The notes beneath the pieces are model-generated. The model did not search any database and was not told where the DNA came from. It worked only from the letters and a program-made list of their open reading frames with translations. Below, piece by piece: positions 1 to 8,569 of a DNA stretch of 32,000 nt. Position numbers and translations under genes: made by a program. Positions within the stretch are counted from its first letter, which is position 1, and each line of letters opens with the position of its first letter. The stretch is from Candidatus Saccharimonadota bacterium (lineage in GTDB: Archaea > Micrarchaeota > Micrarchaeia > Micrarchaeales > Micrarchaeaceae), in assembly GCF_002214165.1 (NCBI RefSeq), contig NZ_CP019964.1, positions 270,001 to 302,000 of the forward strand, written 5' to 3'.

Positions 1-234
1 AAGGGAATTTTTCTCTATCTCGGTCGGATCTTTTCCCTTCAAGACCCTTGCCATCTCCCTTGCTTCCTCAATTACTGGTTTTGTCATCAAGGTAGTTGGT
101 GCCTCTCCATACCCAACTATCCCATCAGAAGTGGTCATCCTCAATACTACTATTGTTGAGCTCCATGGGCTGGATTTCTCGCCTTCCTCTATGTCCCCCA
201 CTTCCATTATATCGATATCTTTTATCTTGCTCAT
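1..234 (-). CDS. Enolase-superfamily (MR/MLE-type) acid-sugar dehydratase, N-terminal 78 codons only (gene continues past the window start); probably D-gluconate/galactonate dehydratase
   Basis: Absent from the ORF track because it is open to the window edge. Reverse-strand ATG at 234..232 opens a frame that reaches position 1: MSKIKDIDIMEVGDIEEGEKSSPWSSTIVVLRMTTSDGIVGYGEAPTTLMTKPVIEEAREMARVLKGKDPTEIEKNSL. The GYGEA-PT and GK..E.EKN pattern resembles the N-terminal capping domain of archaeal gluconate dehydratases. It is divergent from a DHDPS-family aldolase. Confidence 0.6.
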   Translation of the reverse strand, partial: MSKIKDIDIMEVGDIEEGEKSSPWSSTIVVLRMTTSDGIVGYGEAPTTLMTKPVIEEAREMARVLKGKDPTEIEKNSL

Positions 235-361
235 TAATCCACCATTATTATTGGCTATGCACCCAAACTATAAATAATTTTTCAATTAAGCTAGATTTGT
301 AATAAATTGGAAATTGCAGCAAGCATTGCTTTTCCATAAATTGCGCTTATTGGTGGATAAA

Positions 362-1252
362 ATGTTGTATCAGCACAGGAAATATGGTATGGTAACGCCT
401 ACGGTTACACTTTTAAGGCAGGGTTCAATAGATTTGGATGCAGTAAAATCACTGATGCAATTCCTTAAGAAAAGCGGTGCAAAAGGTGCATTCATTGCAG
501 GCTCTACCGGAAATGCCCCAATGCTAAGCCTGAACGAGCACAAGGAGGTAATAAAGCAGTATATCAAATATGCAAAAGAAGAGCATCTTGCAACGTTTGT
601 CGGAATCGGGAGAGATTCGATAGACGAGACAGTGGCAATGGGGGAATATTCAATTGAACTAGGTGCGGATAAGCTTGTTGCTGTAACACCCTATTATATG
701 AAAGAGGACCAGAAGCAGATGCACGCATATTATTCAGAGCTGTTGAGCAAGCTTGATTCGGAAGTTCTTATATACAATATACCATCACTTACCGGCAATA
801 ATATAGAAGCCGAAACTGTTGCCAAGCTTGCGGAGGAGAATAGCAATTTGATAGGGATAAAGTCAACTAATGCGGATTTTGACCAGTTCCAGAAGCTGAT
901 ATATTATACGGACAATGACTTTCTTGTATTCCAGGGGTACGACCATCTTTTGCTGCCTTCTCTTGAGCTTGGTGCATCCGGGGGGGTATGCGGGACTACT
1001 AATTTAACCGACATTGCCGAAAAGTTGTACGAATCATACAACCGCAAAGAGCCTGCAAAAAGCATCAAGTTGCACAAGCAGCTGTCAAGCATATACCATA
1101 TGCTTGAGCCCTATGAGTTCCCTGCGGTGTACAATGCGATGTTCTATAAGACAATAATGGGAACCGAGATAGCAAAAGAGCCAGAACTTTTTGGTAACTT
1201 AAGCAAAAAAGAGGCAAGCTTACTATCAAAGAAGCTAAGTGGCTTGCTTTGA
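362..1252 (+). CDS. DHDPS/N-acetylneuraminate-lyase family class I aldolase; possible 2-keto-3-deoxy(-6-phospho)gluconate aldolase
   Basis: Family motifs are present: AGSTGNAPMLSLNEHKEV (GxTGE-like), YNIPSLTG, and LIGIKSTN (Schiff-base Lys context). The track ORF starts at TTG 314. ATG 362 (MLYQHRKYGMVTPTVT) is preferred because a TATA-like CATAAAT lies about 24 nt upstream. ATG 389 is also possible. Confidence 0.8.
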   Translation: MLYQHRKYGMVTPTVTLLRQGSIDLDAVKSLMQFLKKSGAKGAFIAGSTGNAPMLSLNEHKEVIKQYIKYAKEEHLATFVGIGRDSIDETVAMGEYSIELGADKLVAVTPYYMKEDQKQMHAYYSELLSKLDSEVLIYNIPSLTGNNIEAETVAKLAEENSNLIGIKSTNADFDQFQKLIYYTDNDFLVFQGYDHLLLPSLELGASGGVCGTTNLTDIAEKLYESYNRKEPAKSIKLHKQLSSIYHMLEPYEFPAVYNAMFYKTIMGTEIAKEPELFGNLSKKEASLLSKKLSGLL

Positions 1253-1299
1253 AATTGCCGCTCACATCACGAATATATTATTCGCCTATAAATCCATCC

Positions 1300-1914
1300 T
1301 CATTTCTTGATCAATATTGCCCTTGCAGGCCCGCCATCGCATTTTATCTTTAGGGGCAGGCCAACAAATGTATAAGTGCCTGCAGGCACTCCTTTGAGGT
1401 AAATACCTTCAAAAAGAGTCATATTCTCTATTGTGAGCGTATGCACTATGTCATCAGCATTGAATTTCTTTATGCTCATGTAGTCTATGCCAAGCGTTTT
1501 AATCTTTTTGGAGATCAAGTACCTCGCCCCGTCTTCTGTAAGGTGTGCAAAATCCTTCCTAAAGGTATCATATTGCTTAAGCGAATTATTTGTCTTCAAA
1601 AGTATTATGTCTCCCTTGTTTATCTTAAATTTTTTAAGCTCCTTCTCTCCTATTGAATTTCCAGATTTTGTTAAATTAAGGACCTTGCATTTGCCGTAGA
1701 ATGTGTCAACCGGAATCATGTCTGCTGTTTTACCTCCATTTTTTATATGCCTTTCAGCATCGACATGTGTGCCTGTATGGCTTCCGATATGTATCAATGA
1801 TACATTGGTCTTGCTTTTCGGGATGCCGGTATGCTTGTAGATGTGCAGCTTAGGATCTCCTGGATATACAAGCATGCCTTCTTCTATAACCATCGAAATA
1901 TCATAGATTTTCAT
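1300..1914 (-). CDS. Putative cyclase / kynurenine formamidase-like metal hydrolase
   Basis: 204 aa with HIGSHTGTHVDAERH, the HxGTHxDxPxH-type motif of the cyclase family. It has a clean ATG start and convincing coding texture. Confidence 0.75.
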   Translation of the reverse strand: MKIYDISMVIEEGMLVYPGDPKLHIYKHTGIPKSKTNVSLIHIGSHTGTHVDAERHIKNGGKTADMIPVDTFYGKCKVLNLTKSGNSIGEKELKKFKINKGDIILLKTNNSLKQYDTFRKDFAHLTEDGARYLISKKIKTLGIDYMSIKKFNADDIVHTLTIENMTLFEGIYLKGVPAGTYTFVGLPLKIKCDGGPARAILIKK

Positions 1915-1992
1915 TTTAATCCTACTTCTTATAAAAATTCAAAAGTTAAATAATTATTCTGTAAAAATAAGTAAGAATATAAAGGGATTAGC

Positions 1993-3747
1993 TTGGTTTT
2001 GGATTATGGAGTTATAGGAAATTGCAGGACGCTTGCTCTTGTAAAGAAGGACACATCTATTGATTGGCTTTGCCTGCCAAGATTTGATTCACCATCGGTA
2101 TTCTCAAAGCTTCTTGATGATAAAAATGGAGGCAGCTTCAAAATAATTCCGGTAGGGGAATACGAGATAAAGCAGGAATACATAGAGAATACAAATGTTA
2201 TTAAGACAAACTTCAGCAACAGCACTACCGAATTTGATGTAATAGACTACTTCCCATATTACAACAAAGGATATGTTACCTTAAGGAATTCAGAGGTTCA
2301 TAGAGTAATTGTAAGAAAGCGCGGAAAGCCCATTATAAAGGTACTGGTGGATCCCAAAATGGAATACAATAGGTACGTGCCAAGCAAACAGATTGATAAC
2401 AACAAGATAATTTTTTCATACAAAAATACATCGTTGTATTTATATTCAAACTTAGGATTAAAGGAGATATTAAATGGCACGGAAATAGAATTGCCTGAAA
2501 ACAGCTACATATTGATTGCGTACAACAAGCTAAAATATTCAACGGACATCAGATACATAATGCAGGAGATGGAAAACACTATAAACCATTGGAGAGGGTG
2601 GTCCAGAAGGATAAAAGGTGGAAAGGAGTACAGGCCCCTGAAAGTGCGCTCCGCATTGGTGCTGCGCCTATTGACATATGATGATACCGGAGCCATAGTA
2701 GCTGCAGGGACTACATCAATACCAGAAATAAAAGGGTCGGTAAGGAACTGGGATTATAGGTACTCATGGATACGCGACTCTTCATTCACTGTTGAAGCCC
2801 TTATAAAGCTTGGGTTAATAGATCAAGCTTACAGCTTCATAAAGTGGTTAAACGCAATCTATGCAGAATACGGGATGAGCCTGCAGGTTTTGTTCAAAGT
2901 AAGCAGGGGTGAATACATAAGCGAATCCATATTGGATAATATGGGAGGTTATGAAAATTCGAAGCCTGTAAGGATAGGGAACAAGGCTTACCAGCAGCGC
3001 CAGACTGATATTATAGGAGAACTCCTCAATTCCATATATCTGTTCTACCTTAAGGAAAATGCAAGCCCTAGAATAGGAGAGATAAGCTGGGATCTCATAT
3101 TCAGCTTTGTAGAAACTATAATCAATGATTGGAGGAAGAAGGACCACAGCATATGGGAATTCAGGGGTACTAGCAAGGATTATACATTTTCAAAAGTGAT
3201 GTGCTGGGTTGCTGTAGACAGAGGGATAAAGATCGCCAGGAGGCTCGGCCACAATGATGTAATAGAAAGATGGTCAAAGGAAAGGAAAAAGATAAAAGCA
3301 AGCATAATGAGATATGGATGGAATAAAAAAGTGCAAGCTTTTACCCAATATTACAGTTCAAGCAGCCTTGATGCAAGCCTGCTTCTTATGCCATCATTTG
3401 GAATTATCGGGTGGAAGGATCAGAGGATGCTGAGTACAATAGATGCGATAAAAAAGGAATTAACTAACGGGCCATTTGTAATGAGATATAAGGACAGGGA
3501 TGAATTTGGGATGCCAAAGAGCGCTTTTATCGCATGCTCATTCTGGCTTGTAAATGCCTTATATTATACTGGAAATAAAGAAGAAGCAATAAGGATGTTT
3601 GATAGGGCAGTTGCGTTCCAGAATCACATGGGGCTGTTTTCTGAAGACATAGACATGAAGACAGGAGAGCTCCTTGGCAACTTCCCACAGGCATATTCAC
3701 ATGTGGCATTGATAAACTCAATTACCGCATTATTCGGCAAGAAATAA
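1993..3747 (+). CDS. Glycoside hydrolase family 15 (glucoamylase/trehalase-type)
   Basis: 584 aa. The N-terminus YGVIGNCRTLALVKKDTSIDWLCLPRFDSPSVF, then WDYRYSWIRDSSFT and the C-terminal FPQAYSHVALINS, are GH15 signatures. The only in-frame start is TTG 1993. Confidence 0.85.
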   Translation: MVLDYGVIGNCRTLALVKKDTSIDWLCLPRFDSPSVFSKLLDDKNGGSFKIIPVGEYEIKQEYIENTNVIKTNFSNSTTEFDVIDYFPYYNKGYVTLRNSEVHRVIVRKRGKPIIKVLVDPKMEYNRYVPSKQIDNNKIIFSYKNTSLYLYSNLGLKEILNGTEIELPENSYILIAYNKLKYSTDIRYIMQEMENTINHWRGWSRRIKGGKEYRPLKVRSALVLRLLTYDDTGAIVAAGTTSIPEIKGSVRNWDYRYSWIRDSSFTVEALIKLGLIDQAYSFIKWLNAIYAEYGMSLQVLFKVSRGEYISESILDNMGGYENSKPVRIGNKAYQQRQTDIIGELLNSIYLFYLKENASPRIGEISWDLIFSFVETIINDWRKKDHSIWEFRGTSKDYTFSKVMCWVAVDRGIKIARRLGHNDVIERWSKERKKIKASIMRYGWNKKVQAFTQYYSSSSLDASLLLMPSFGIIGWKDQRMLSTIDAIKKELTNGPFVMRYKDRDEFGMPKSAFIACSFWLVNALYYTGNKEEAIRMFDRAVAFQNHMGLFSEDIDMKTGELLGNFPQAYSHVALINSITALFGKK

Positions 3748-3765
3748 TTTCCATGAAGTGCGTAT

Positions 3766-4632
3766 ATGCCAAAAAACGATAAAATTGCTGTGTTATCAGG
3801 GTACCACTTGAATGAAATAATGGCAAAGGTAAATGAAGGGGCTAAAGAAGGAGATATAAGCCTTAATCTCGGAATATCCAAAACCAAATTTTACCATGTG
3901 GCCGAAAAAGTGGTATTTCCTGAGTATAATTCAAGCATTGATCTTTCAGAAATCAAAAAGCTTTTGAAGAAAAGATCCCTTAACGACTGTTTTACGGTAA
4001 ATGATGACCAACTTATTTGGATATACAGCTTCAGCGATCAATATGGAGTTTTAAAGCTCTATGAGCCAAAGGTGGATTATCCACCCACTTTGTTCATTAA
4101 TGGAAGTTATATGCATGCGATAAGAGTGTCAAAGCCAACAGAAGAGGCATTTGAGAAAGCAAAGATGCTAAAAGGGGTATCAGGCAATGTGTTAGATACA
4201 TGCTTTGGGCTTGGCTACTCAACAATACAGCTAAGGAAGTATCAGAGCATTAAAAAAGTAGTTGCCTGTGAAATATCCCCAGAAGCAATAGAGATAGCAA
4301 AAGTTAATCCATGGTCAAATGATGCATTTATGGATAAATCGATAGATTTGCACAATGAGGATGTATCTGAGTTTGCAAAGGCGGCAAAAGAAAAGAGTTT
4401 TGATGGGATACTGCATGACCCTCCAAACTTCAATAAATTTGAGTATCTATATTCGGAATCGTTCTATTCTGAACTTTGCCGTATACTCAAGCCCAATGGA
4501 AAGCTTTACCATTTCATAGGGACCAAAGGAACAGGTAACCTGGGCATATACAGGAGTGCAAAAAGAAAGCTTCAAGCAGCAGGCTTCAGTAGAGTTACTG
4601 AAGGTTATAGAGGGCTTATCGCGATAAAATAA
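3766..4632 (+). CDS. Class I SAM-dependent methyltransferase with an amino-methyltransferase type (D/N)PP(F/Y)-like motif and an uncharacterised ~130-aa N-terminal domain
   Basis: 288 aa. Motif I-like VLDTCFGLGYSTI, an acidic loop VVACEISPEAIE, and motif IV HDPPNF. Confidence 0.65.
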   Translation: MPKNDKIAVLSGYHLNEIMAKVNEGAKEGDISLNLGISKTKFYHVAEKVVFPEYNSSIDLSEIKKLLKKRSLNDCFTVNDDQLIWIYSFSDQYGVLKLYEPKVDYPPTLFINGSYMHAIRVSKPTEEAFEKAKMLKGVSGNVLDTCFGLGYSTIQLRKYQSIKKVVACEISPEAIEIAKVNPWSNDAFMDKSIDLHNEDVSEFAKAAKEKSFDGILHDPPNFNKFEYLYSESFYSELCRILKPNGKLYHFIGTKGTGNLGIYRSAKRKLQAAGFSRVTEGYRGLIAIK

Positions 4633-4663
4633 AGAAGCTGAAGCATTCAGGGTCTATGCAAAA

Positions 4664-5119
4664 TCACTGTTTATTATTTTCTATAATGCTTTTCATTTCC
4701 TCTTCCAGTTCATCATCACTTGCTTCAACACCACGCAAAGTGCTTAGATAACCTTCATACTTATCAAAATTTATCGTATTGTTTGCTATCGCCTTTTCAT
4801 GCTTTGATATCCCAATTGCAGGATAAAGTTTTGCATGCAGATGGTTTATCTCAGTTCCCTCAAAAACAAGGTGAACCCTTTCAACACCTAATCCTTTTTC
4901 AAGAAGCTTTGCCACTTTCTTTACCGTAATCATGAAATCTGAAAGTGCACTATCATCCATATCAAAAATATAACTGTCAACATGCTCCTTGGTTATGACA
5001 AGGGCTTGGCCTTTAATGTTTGGATATTTGTCCAATATTGCCATATACCTGCCATCGTCATAAATCTTGAATGAGGGTATCTTACCTGAAACGATTTTGC
5101 AAAAAGTGCAGTCCTCCAT
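4664..5119 (-). CDS. HIT-family nucleotide hydrolase/transferase (variant histidine triad HLHAK)
   Basis: 151 aa. N-terminal CTFCKIVSGKIPSFKIYDD and GQALVITKEHV are typical HIT. The triad region reads INHLHAKLYP, with Lys in place of the third His. Confidence 0.75.
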   Translation of the reverse strand: MEDCTFCKIVSGKIPSFKIYDDGRYMAILDKYPNIKGQALVITKEHVDSYIFDMDDSALSDFMITVKKVAKLLEKGLGVERVHLVFEGTEINHLHAKLYPAIGISKHEKAIANNTINFDKYEGYLSTLRGVEASDDELEEEMKSIIENNKQ

Positions 5120-5195
5120 AACATTACCAATGAAATATTACAAAATCAGATATTTTAAACATTGCTATAAAATTAATAATATATTAGTTTACTAT

Positions 5196-5243
5196 AATTT
5201 TAAAGTAAAATAGTGATTTAATTTTAAAGTAAAATAGTGATTT
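5196..5243. repeat. Perfect 2 x 24-bp tandem duplication (AATTTTAAAGTAAAATAGTGATTT) ending 1 nt before the CYTH start codon
   Basis: Copy 1 (5196..5219) and copy 2 (5220..5243) are identical by direct reading. Each copy carries a TATA-like TTTTAAAG. Confidence 0.9.
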
Positions 5244-5244
5244 T

Positions 5245-5772
5245 GTGATAGAAATAGAGACAAAGATAGATGATATAAATGAGAGCGAGGCAAGGGAAGC
5301 CTTGAATAGGTTAGGTGCAGAATTTAAAGGCGACAAATTCTATAGAAGATACATATTTGATCTTGGGTCAAATGAGGGCGAAGACAAGTTCATAAGGTTA
5401 AGGACAGATGGCAATAAGTCAACCATTACATACAAGGACAGAAAAGGCGGCACTCTTGCGAATACCGAAGAGATAGAAACGGGAGTTGAAGACTTCAATG
5501 CAGCTGCGAAGATCCTTTCTGCGGCATTGCCCAATCTATTATACCAAGAAAGCAAGCGTTCGCTTTACAATTTGGAAGGAGTAGAAATTTCAATAGACCA
5601 ATGGCCAAAGCTTCCTCCATTGATGGAGATAGAGGCAGATTCTGAGGAAAAAGTGATGGAAACTATAAAGAAGCTTGGAATCAAAGGCAAGGCCATAGGA
5701 AATATAGGTTGGGAAAAAGTATACTCTATGTATGGAATGGACCTCAATGATTTTAAGATTCTAAAGTTCTAA
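5245..5772 (+). CDS. CYTH-domain protein (CyaB/thiamine-triphosphatase-like triphosphate tunnel metalloenzyme)
   Basis: 175 aa. The N-terminal IEIETK is the ExExK signature. The size and the alternating acidic/basic beta-strand pattern are typical. GTG start. Confidence 0.7.
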   Translation: MIEIETKIDDINESEAREALNRLGAEFKGDKFYRRYIFDLGSNEGEDKFIRLRTDGNKSTITYKDRKGGTLANTEEIETGVEDFNAAAKILSAALPNLLYQESKRSLYNLEGVEISIDQWPKLPPLMEIEADSEEKVMETIKKLGIKGKAIGNIGWEKVYSMYGMDLNDFKILKF

Positions 5773-5917
5773 ACGTCAAAATATTTATCTACCTAACTAA
5801 AAAGAGACCAATAGAAACAAAATTTATTAAACTAAACTGACCTGTATATATGTAAAAAAAGGTATATGCTTATAAATGCTATTGTAGATAGATTCATAGT
5901 ATTTAAAAGATGATCTA

Positions 5918-7420
5918 GTGATAGAAGTAACATCTCCAATATGGATTGGTATTATCATAGGTGCAGTTATTGGCGGTTTGGCTGAAGCATGGGGAATATC
6001 TAATCCCGAAGTGCTATTAAGGCTTGGAAAATGGCAGGATAGGCTTTTTGTAGGATGTATTGCTATTGCAATAGGCACAGGCGCTCTTGCACTTTATGGT
6101 CTTGCCGCGGCAGGTGTTGCTTTTCACTGGGGCATAAAGCCTGATTATATAGTTGGTGTTGGATTAGGCGGAATAATCTTTGGAATAGGAATTGCAATAT
6201 CTGGATATGTGCCAGGTACTGTATGGATGGCATTAGGAGAAGGCAGGCGTGATGCAATATATGCTGTTTTAGGGGGACTTTTAGGTGCAGCAAGCTGGAC
6301 TCTCATATATCAGACAAGTTTTGGCCATTGGCTTGTAACTTACCTTAATTTTGGGCAGATCTATTTTGGCGGGCAGGCAGACACTAACTTAGGCATCGGT
6401 TTTATGTTAGCCATAATTTGGGCAGTAATAATGTTTGGAATAGCTTATACACTTCCAAGATATAAAAAAGGGAAAAGCTGTGCATATGTATCAACGCATA
6501 AGGATTATAAGCTCACACCAGAAGAGCAAAATCAATATATAGAAACGACAAATACTCTAAGGGAGGGCTCATCAATGCCTCTTGGCAAGGATAATTTGCC
6601 TGAAAAGGTTAACTATCATTGGACTGTATCTTCCAAGTTATTTGGAGTAGTAATGTTGTCGGTTGGGATAATTATTGGACTGATGGTTGTGCTTGGAATG
6701 TTTTTTCACCAGATATTTGGCGAATCAACAACTTATTCATGGATAGTTGCGGAACTTTGGCTTCCAGCAACTTATTGGAAATATAGTTCAACGGTAGTAA
6801 ATACAGTAGGTTGGGAGCCATTCAGTGATATAGGAACATTGTTCGGTGCATTCTTGGCATCGGTATTTCTTACAAGGCGATTCCAATCTTTCAACAATGT
6901 GATACCTCCATCATGGAGAGAGAGATTTGGGAATAGCCAGATAAAGAGATCCGTAGGGGTATTTTTCGGTGCATACCTGATGCTTCTTGGAGCTAGAATG
7001 GCAGATGGTTGTGCAAGTGGCCATATATTAAGCGGAGATCTTCAGATGGCTGTCAGCAGTGTTGAATTCTTTGTATTTGTAATGATATCATTGCTGTTGA
7101 CCGCATTCTTAATATACAAAAGGCACGGAAATAAACTGTTAGGGACAGATGGAGGATTAATGTCTATGGAGCAGAGAAGAAAGATAGAACCAAAAATAAA
7201 GAACGAAAAGGGGTTAAAGATCTTTGTAGTATCTGCAGCAATAATATTGGTGTTAACTGCAGCATTAGCATCGGGGTCATACAATGGGTATAATCCAAAT
7301 GCAAATGCGGTTGCTATAACAGGATTTGTTGCCATAGTAATAATAGTAATGACTGCAGCGTGGCTAAAGACCAAATACAACAATTATTCATTTGAAGGAA
7401 ATGAAGAGAATGGCAGTTGA
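5918..7420 (+). CDS. YeeE/YedE-family (sulfur-compound transport-like) polytopic membrane protein, two-half fusion with an extra C-terminal TM tail
   Basis: 500 aa with many glycine-rich TM helices. The second half has LGARMADGCASGHILSG (GGCxxG-type motif). The first half has the equivalent position as ISGYVPGT (no Cys). GTG start. Confidence 0.65.
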   Translation: MIEVTSPIWIGIIIGAVIGGLAEAWGISNPEVLLRLGKWQDRLFVGCIAIAIGTGALALYGLAAAGVAFHWGIKPDYIVGVGLGGIIFGIGIAISGYVPGTVWMALGEGRRDAIYAVLGGLLGAASWTLIYQTSFGHWLVTYLNFGQIYFGGQADTNLGIGFMLAIIWAVIMFGIAYTLPRYKKGKSCAYVSTHKDYKLTPEEQNQYIETTNTLREGSSMPLGKDNLPEKVNYHWTVSSKLFGVVMLSVGIIIGLMVVLGMFFHQIFGESTTYSWIVAELWLPATYWKYSSTVVNTVGWEPFSDIGTLFGAFLASVFLTRRFQSFNNVIPPSWRERFGNSQIKRSVGVFFGAYLMLLGARMADGCASGHILSGDLQMAVSSVEFFVFVMISLLLTAFLIYKRHGNKLLGTDGGLMSMEQRRKIEPKIKNEKGLKIFVVSAAIILVLTAALASGSYNGYNPNANAVAITGFVAIVIIVMTAAWLKTKYNNYSFEGNEENGS

Positions 7421-7427
7421 GCTAGCA

Positions 7428-7449
7428 TTTGTTGTTTTTATTTTTCTTT
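7428..7449 (+). terminator. Oligo-T tract (archaeal-type terminator candidate) after the YeeE-like gene
   Basis: TTTGTTGTTTTTATTTTTCTTT begins 8 nt after the stop codon at 7418..7420. Confidence 0.4.
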
Positions 7450-7541
7450 AATATTTCTGCTTGTTACTGATTTTCGTTTTCATTAATCAAATCTCATTAA
7501 TATGCAAAAGTCTTAACTTAAGTTTTGGATAAATTCAGAAA

Positions 7542-7730
7542 TTATAAAGGCGCTGCTATTACTCTGACAAGAGGGGTATTTCCAGATCCATTTGGGCCAA
7601 GAATGTCGAACACCCCACCTTTCTTTATATTGGGGTTTACCCATGCTAGCGCTATTGTTTTCTTGCCCTGTATATTGTAAGTCTTTTTTGAATCCTTAAT
7701 CTCAATTGTATTGTCCACCCAAAGGATCAA
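7542..7730 (-). pseudogene. Remnant of an ABC-transporter ATPase (first ~60 codons only, degraded Walker A)
   Basis: ...IEIKDSKKTYNIQGKKTIALAWVNPNIKKGGVFDILGPNGSGNTPLVRVIAAPL*. This is the typical ABC N-terminus, but the Walker A reads GPNGSGNT (Lys to Asn). The frame stops about 15 codons later and nothing ABC-like follows. There is no ATG; the frame opens just after a stop. Confidence 0.7.
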
Positions 7731-7838
7731 TCTTACTGTAAAAGCCTTAGATTTTTAAAAATGCAATTGCCTTAATACACAAATATTATGTAATGTTCTC
7801 ATTTTACCTTCTAATAAAGTTAAATTAAGTATTATCAA

Positions 7839-7858
7839 AGGTTATAAATATATAACCT
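7839..7858. promoter_or_regulatory. Inverted repeat AGGTTATA-N4-TATAACCT over a TATA-like core, 21-40 nt upstream of the AbiEi start; candidate autoregulatory operator/promoter
   Basis: Perfect 8-bp arms read directly. The centre TTATAAATATATAA is TATA-box-like. Confidence 0.4.
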
Positions 7859-7878
7859 AAACTAATATTAATGATTTA

Positions 7879-8553
7879 ATGAATTATAAAGAAATGATTA
7901 AAAAATTAAAAGAGTTAGATCATCCGGTATTTACTACTGAGGATATATCAAACCTTACAGGCAAAAGCGGAGATTATACAAAAGTTTATTTATTCGGTTT
8001 AGTTAAGAAAAAAATAATAGGAAAGATAGAAAGAGGAAAATATTATATCATTAGCACATCTCCATATGTAATTGCTTCAAGGATAACTAAGAGTTCATAT
8101 ATAACATTGATAAGTGCGGCCCATATATACAATATAACTACGCAAATCCCAAATATAATTTACGTGTTCTCGCCAACTTACCACAAGCCAATAAAGATAA
8201 TTGATAATTATAAAGTAAAATTCATAAAAGTCGATAAGCGGATAATCTATGGTTACCATAAATACAATGGTGTATATCTGGCAGAACCAGAAAAACTTTT
8301 TATAGATGATATATATTACCACAAATCTCTATTTTACGATGAGGAGCTAAAAGAAGCTATTGATAAAGGGATTTTAGACATAAATAAAATCCAAGAGTAT
8401 ATAAAAAGAATAAAGAGCGAAAGGATCCGGGAAAGAGAATATACTATTTTAGAAGCAAGGTTAGATGGGCATTTCGTTAAAAGAATAGCAGACAGGAGAT
8501 ATGTGAAAAATCTATCAAATAACTCTATTATTAGACACAAAAAGCAGGCGTAA
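7879..8553 (+). CDS. AbiEi-family antitoxin / transcriptional regulator (COG5340-like winged-helix N-domain)
   Basis: 224 aa. The N-terminus ...LKELDHPVFTTEDISNLTGKSGDYTKVYLFGLVKKKIIGKIERGKYYI matches the AbiEi wHTH pattern, including the RGxY ending. An AbiEii-type gene follows immediately. Confidence 0.7.
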   Translation: MNYKEMIKKLKELDHPVFTTEDISNLTGKSGDYTKVYLFGLVKKKIIGKIERGKYYIISTSPYVIASRITKSSYITLISAAHIYNITTQIPNIIYVFSPTYHKPIKIIDNYKVKFIKVDKRIIYGYHKYNGVYLAEPEKLFIDDIYYHKSLFYDEELKEAIDKGILDINKIQEYIKRIKSERIREREYTILEARLDGHFVKRIADRRYVKNLSNNSIIRHKKQA

Positions 8554-8569
8554 TAAAAAGGTGGAAGCA

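Noticed and set aside
314-361. N-terminal extensions from alternative starts in the track: TTG 314 for the aldolase, 19217 for asnS, TTG 14701 for cmk, GTG 26589 for the glycoprotein, TTG 16370 for the 415-aa ORF
   Set aside because: The extensions add non-conserved, often hydrophobic or odd residues and overlap upstream genes or promoters. Internal ATGs with a TATA box about 25 nt upstream, or a GGTG SD, fit better.
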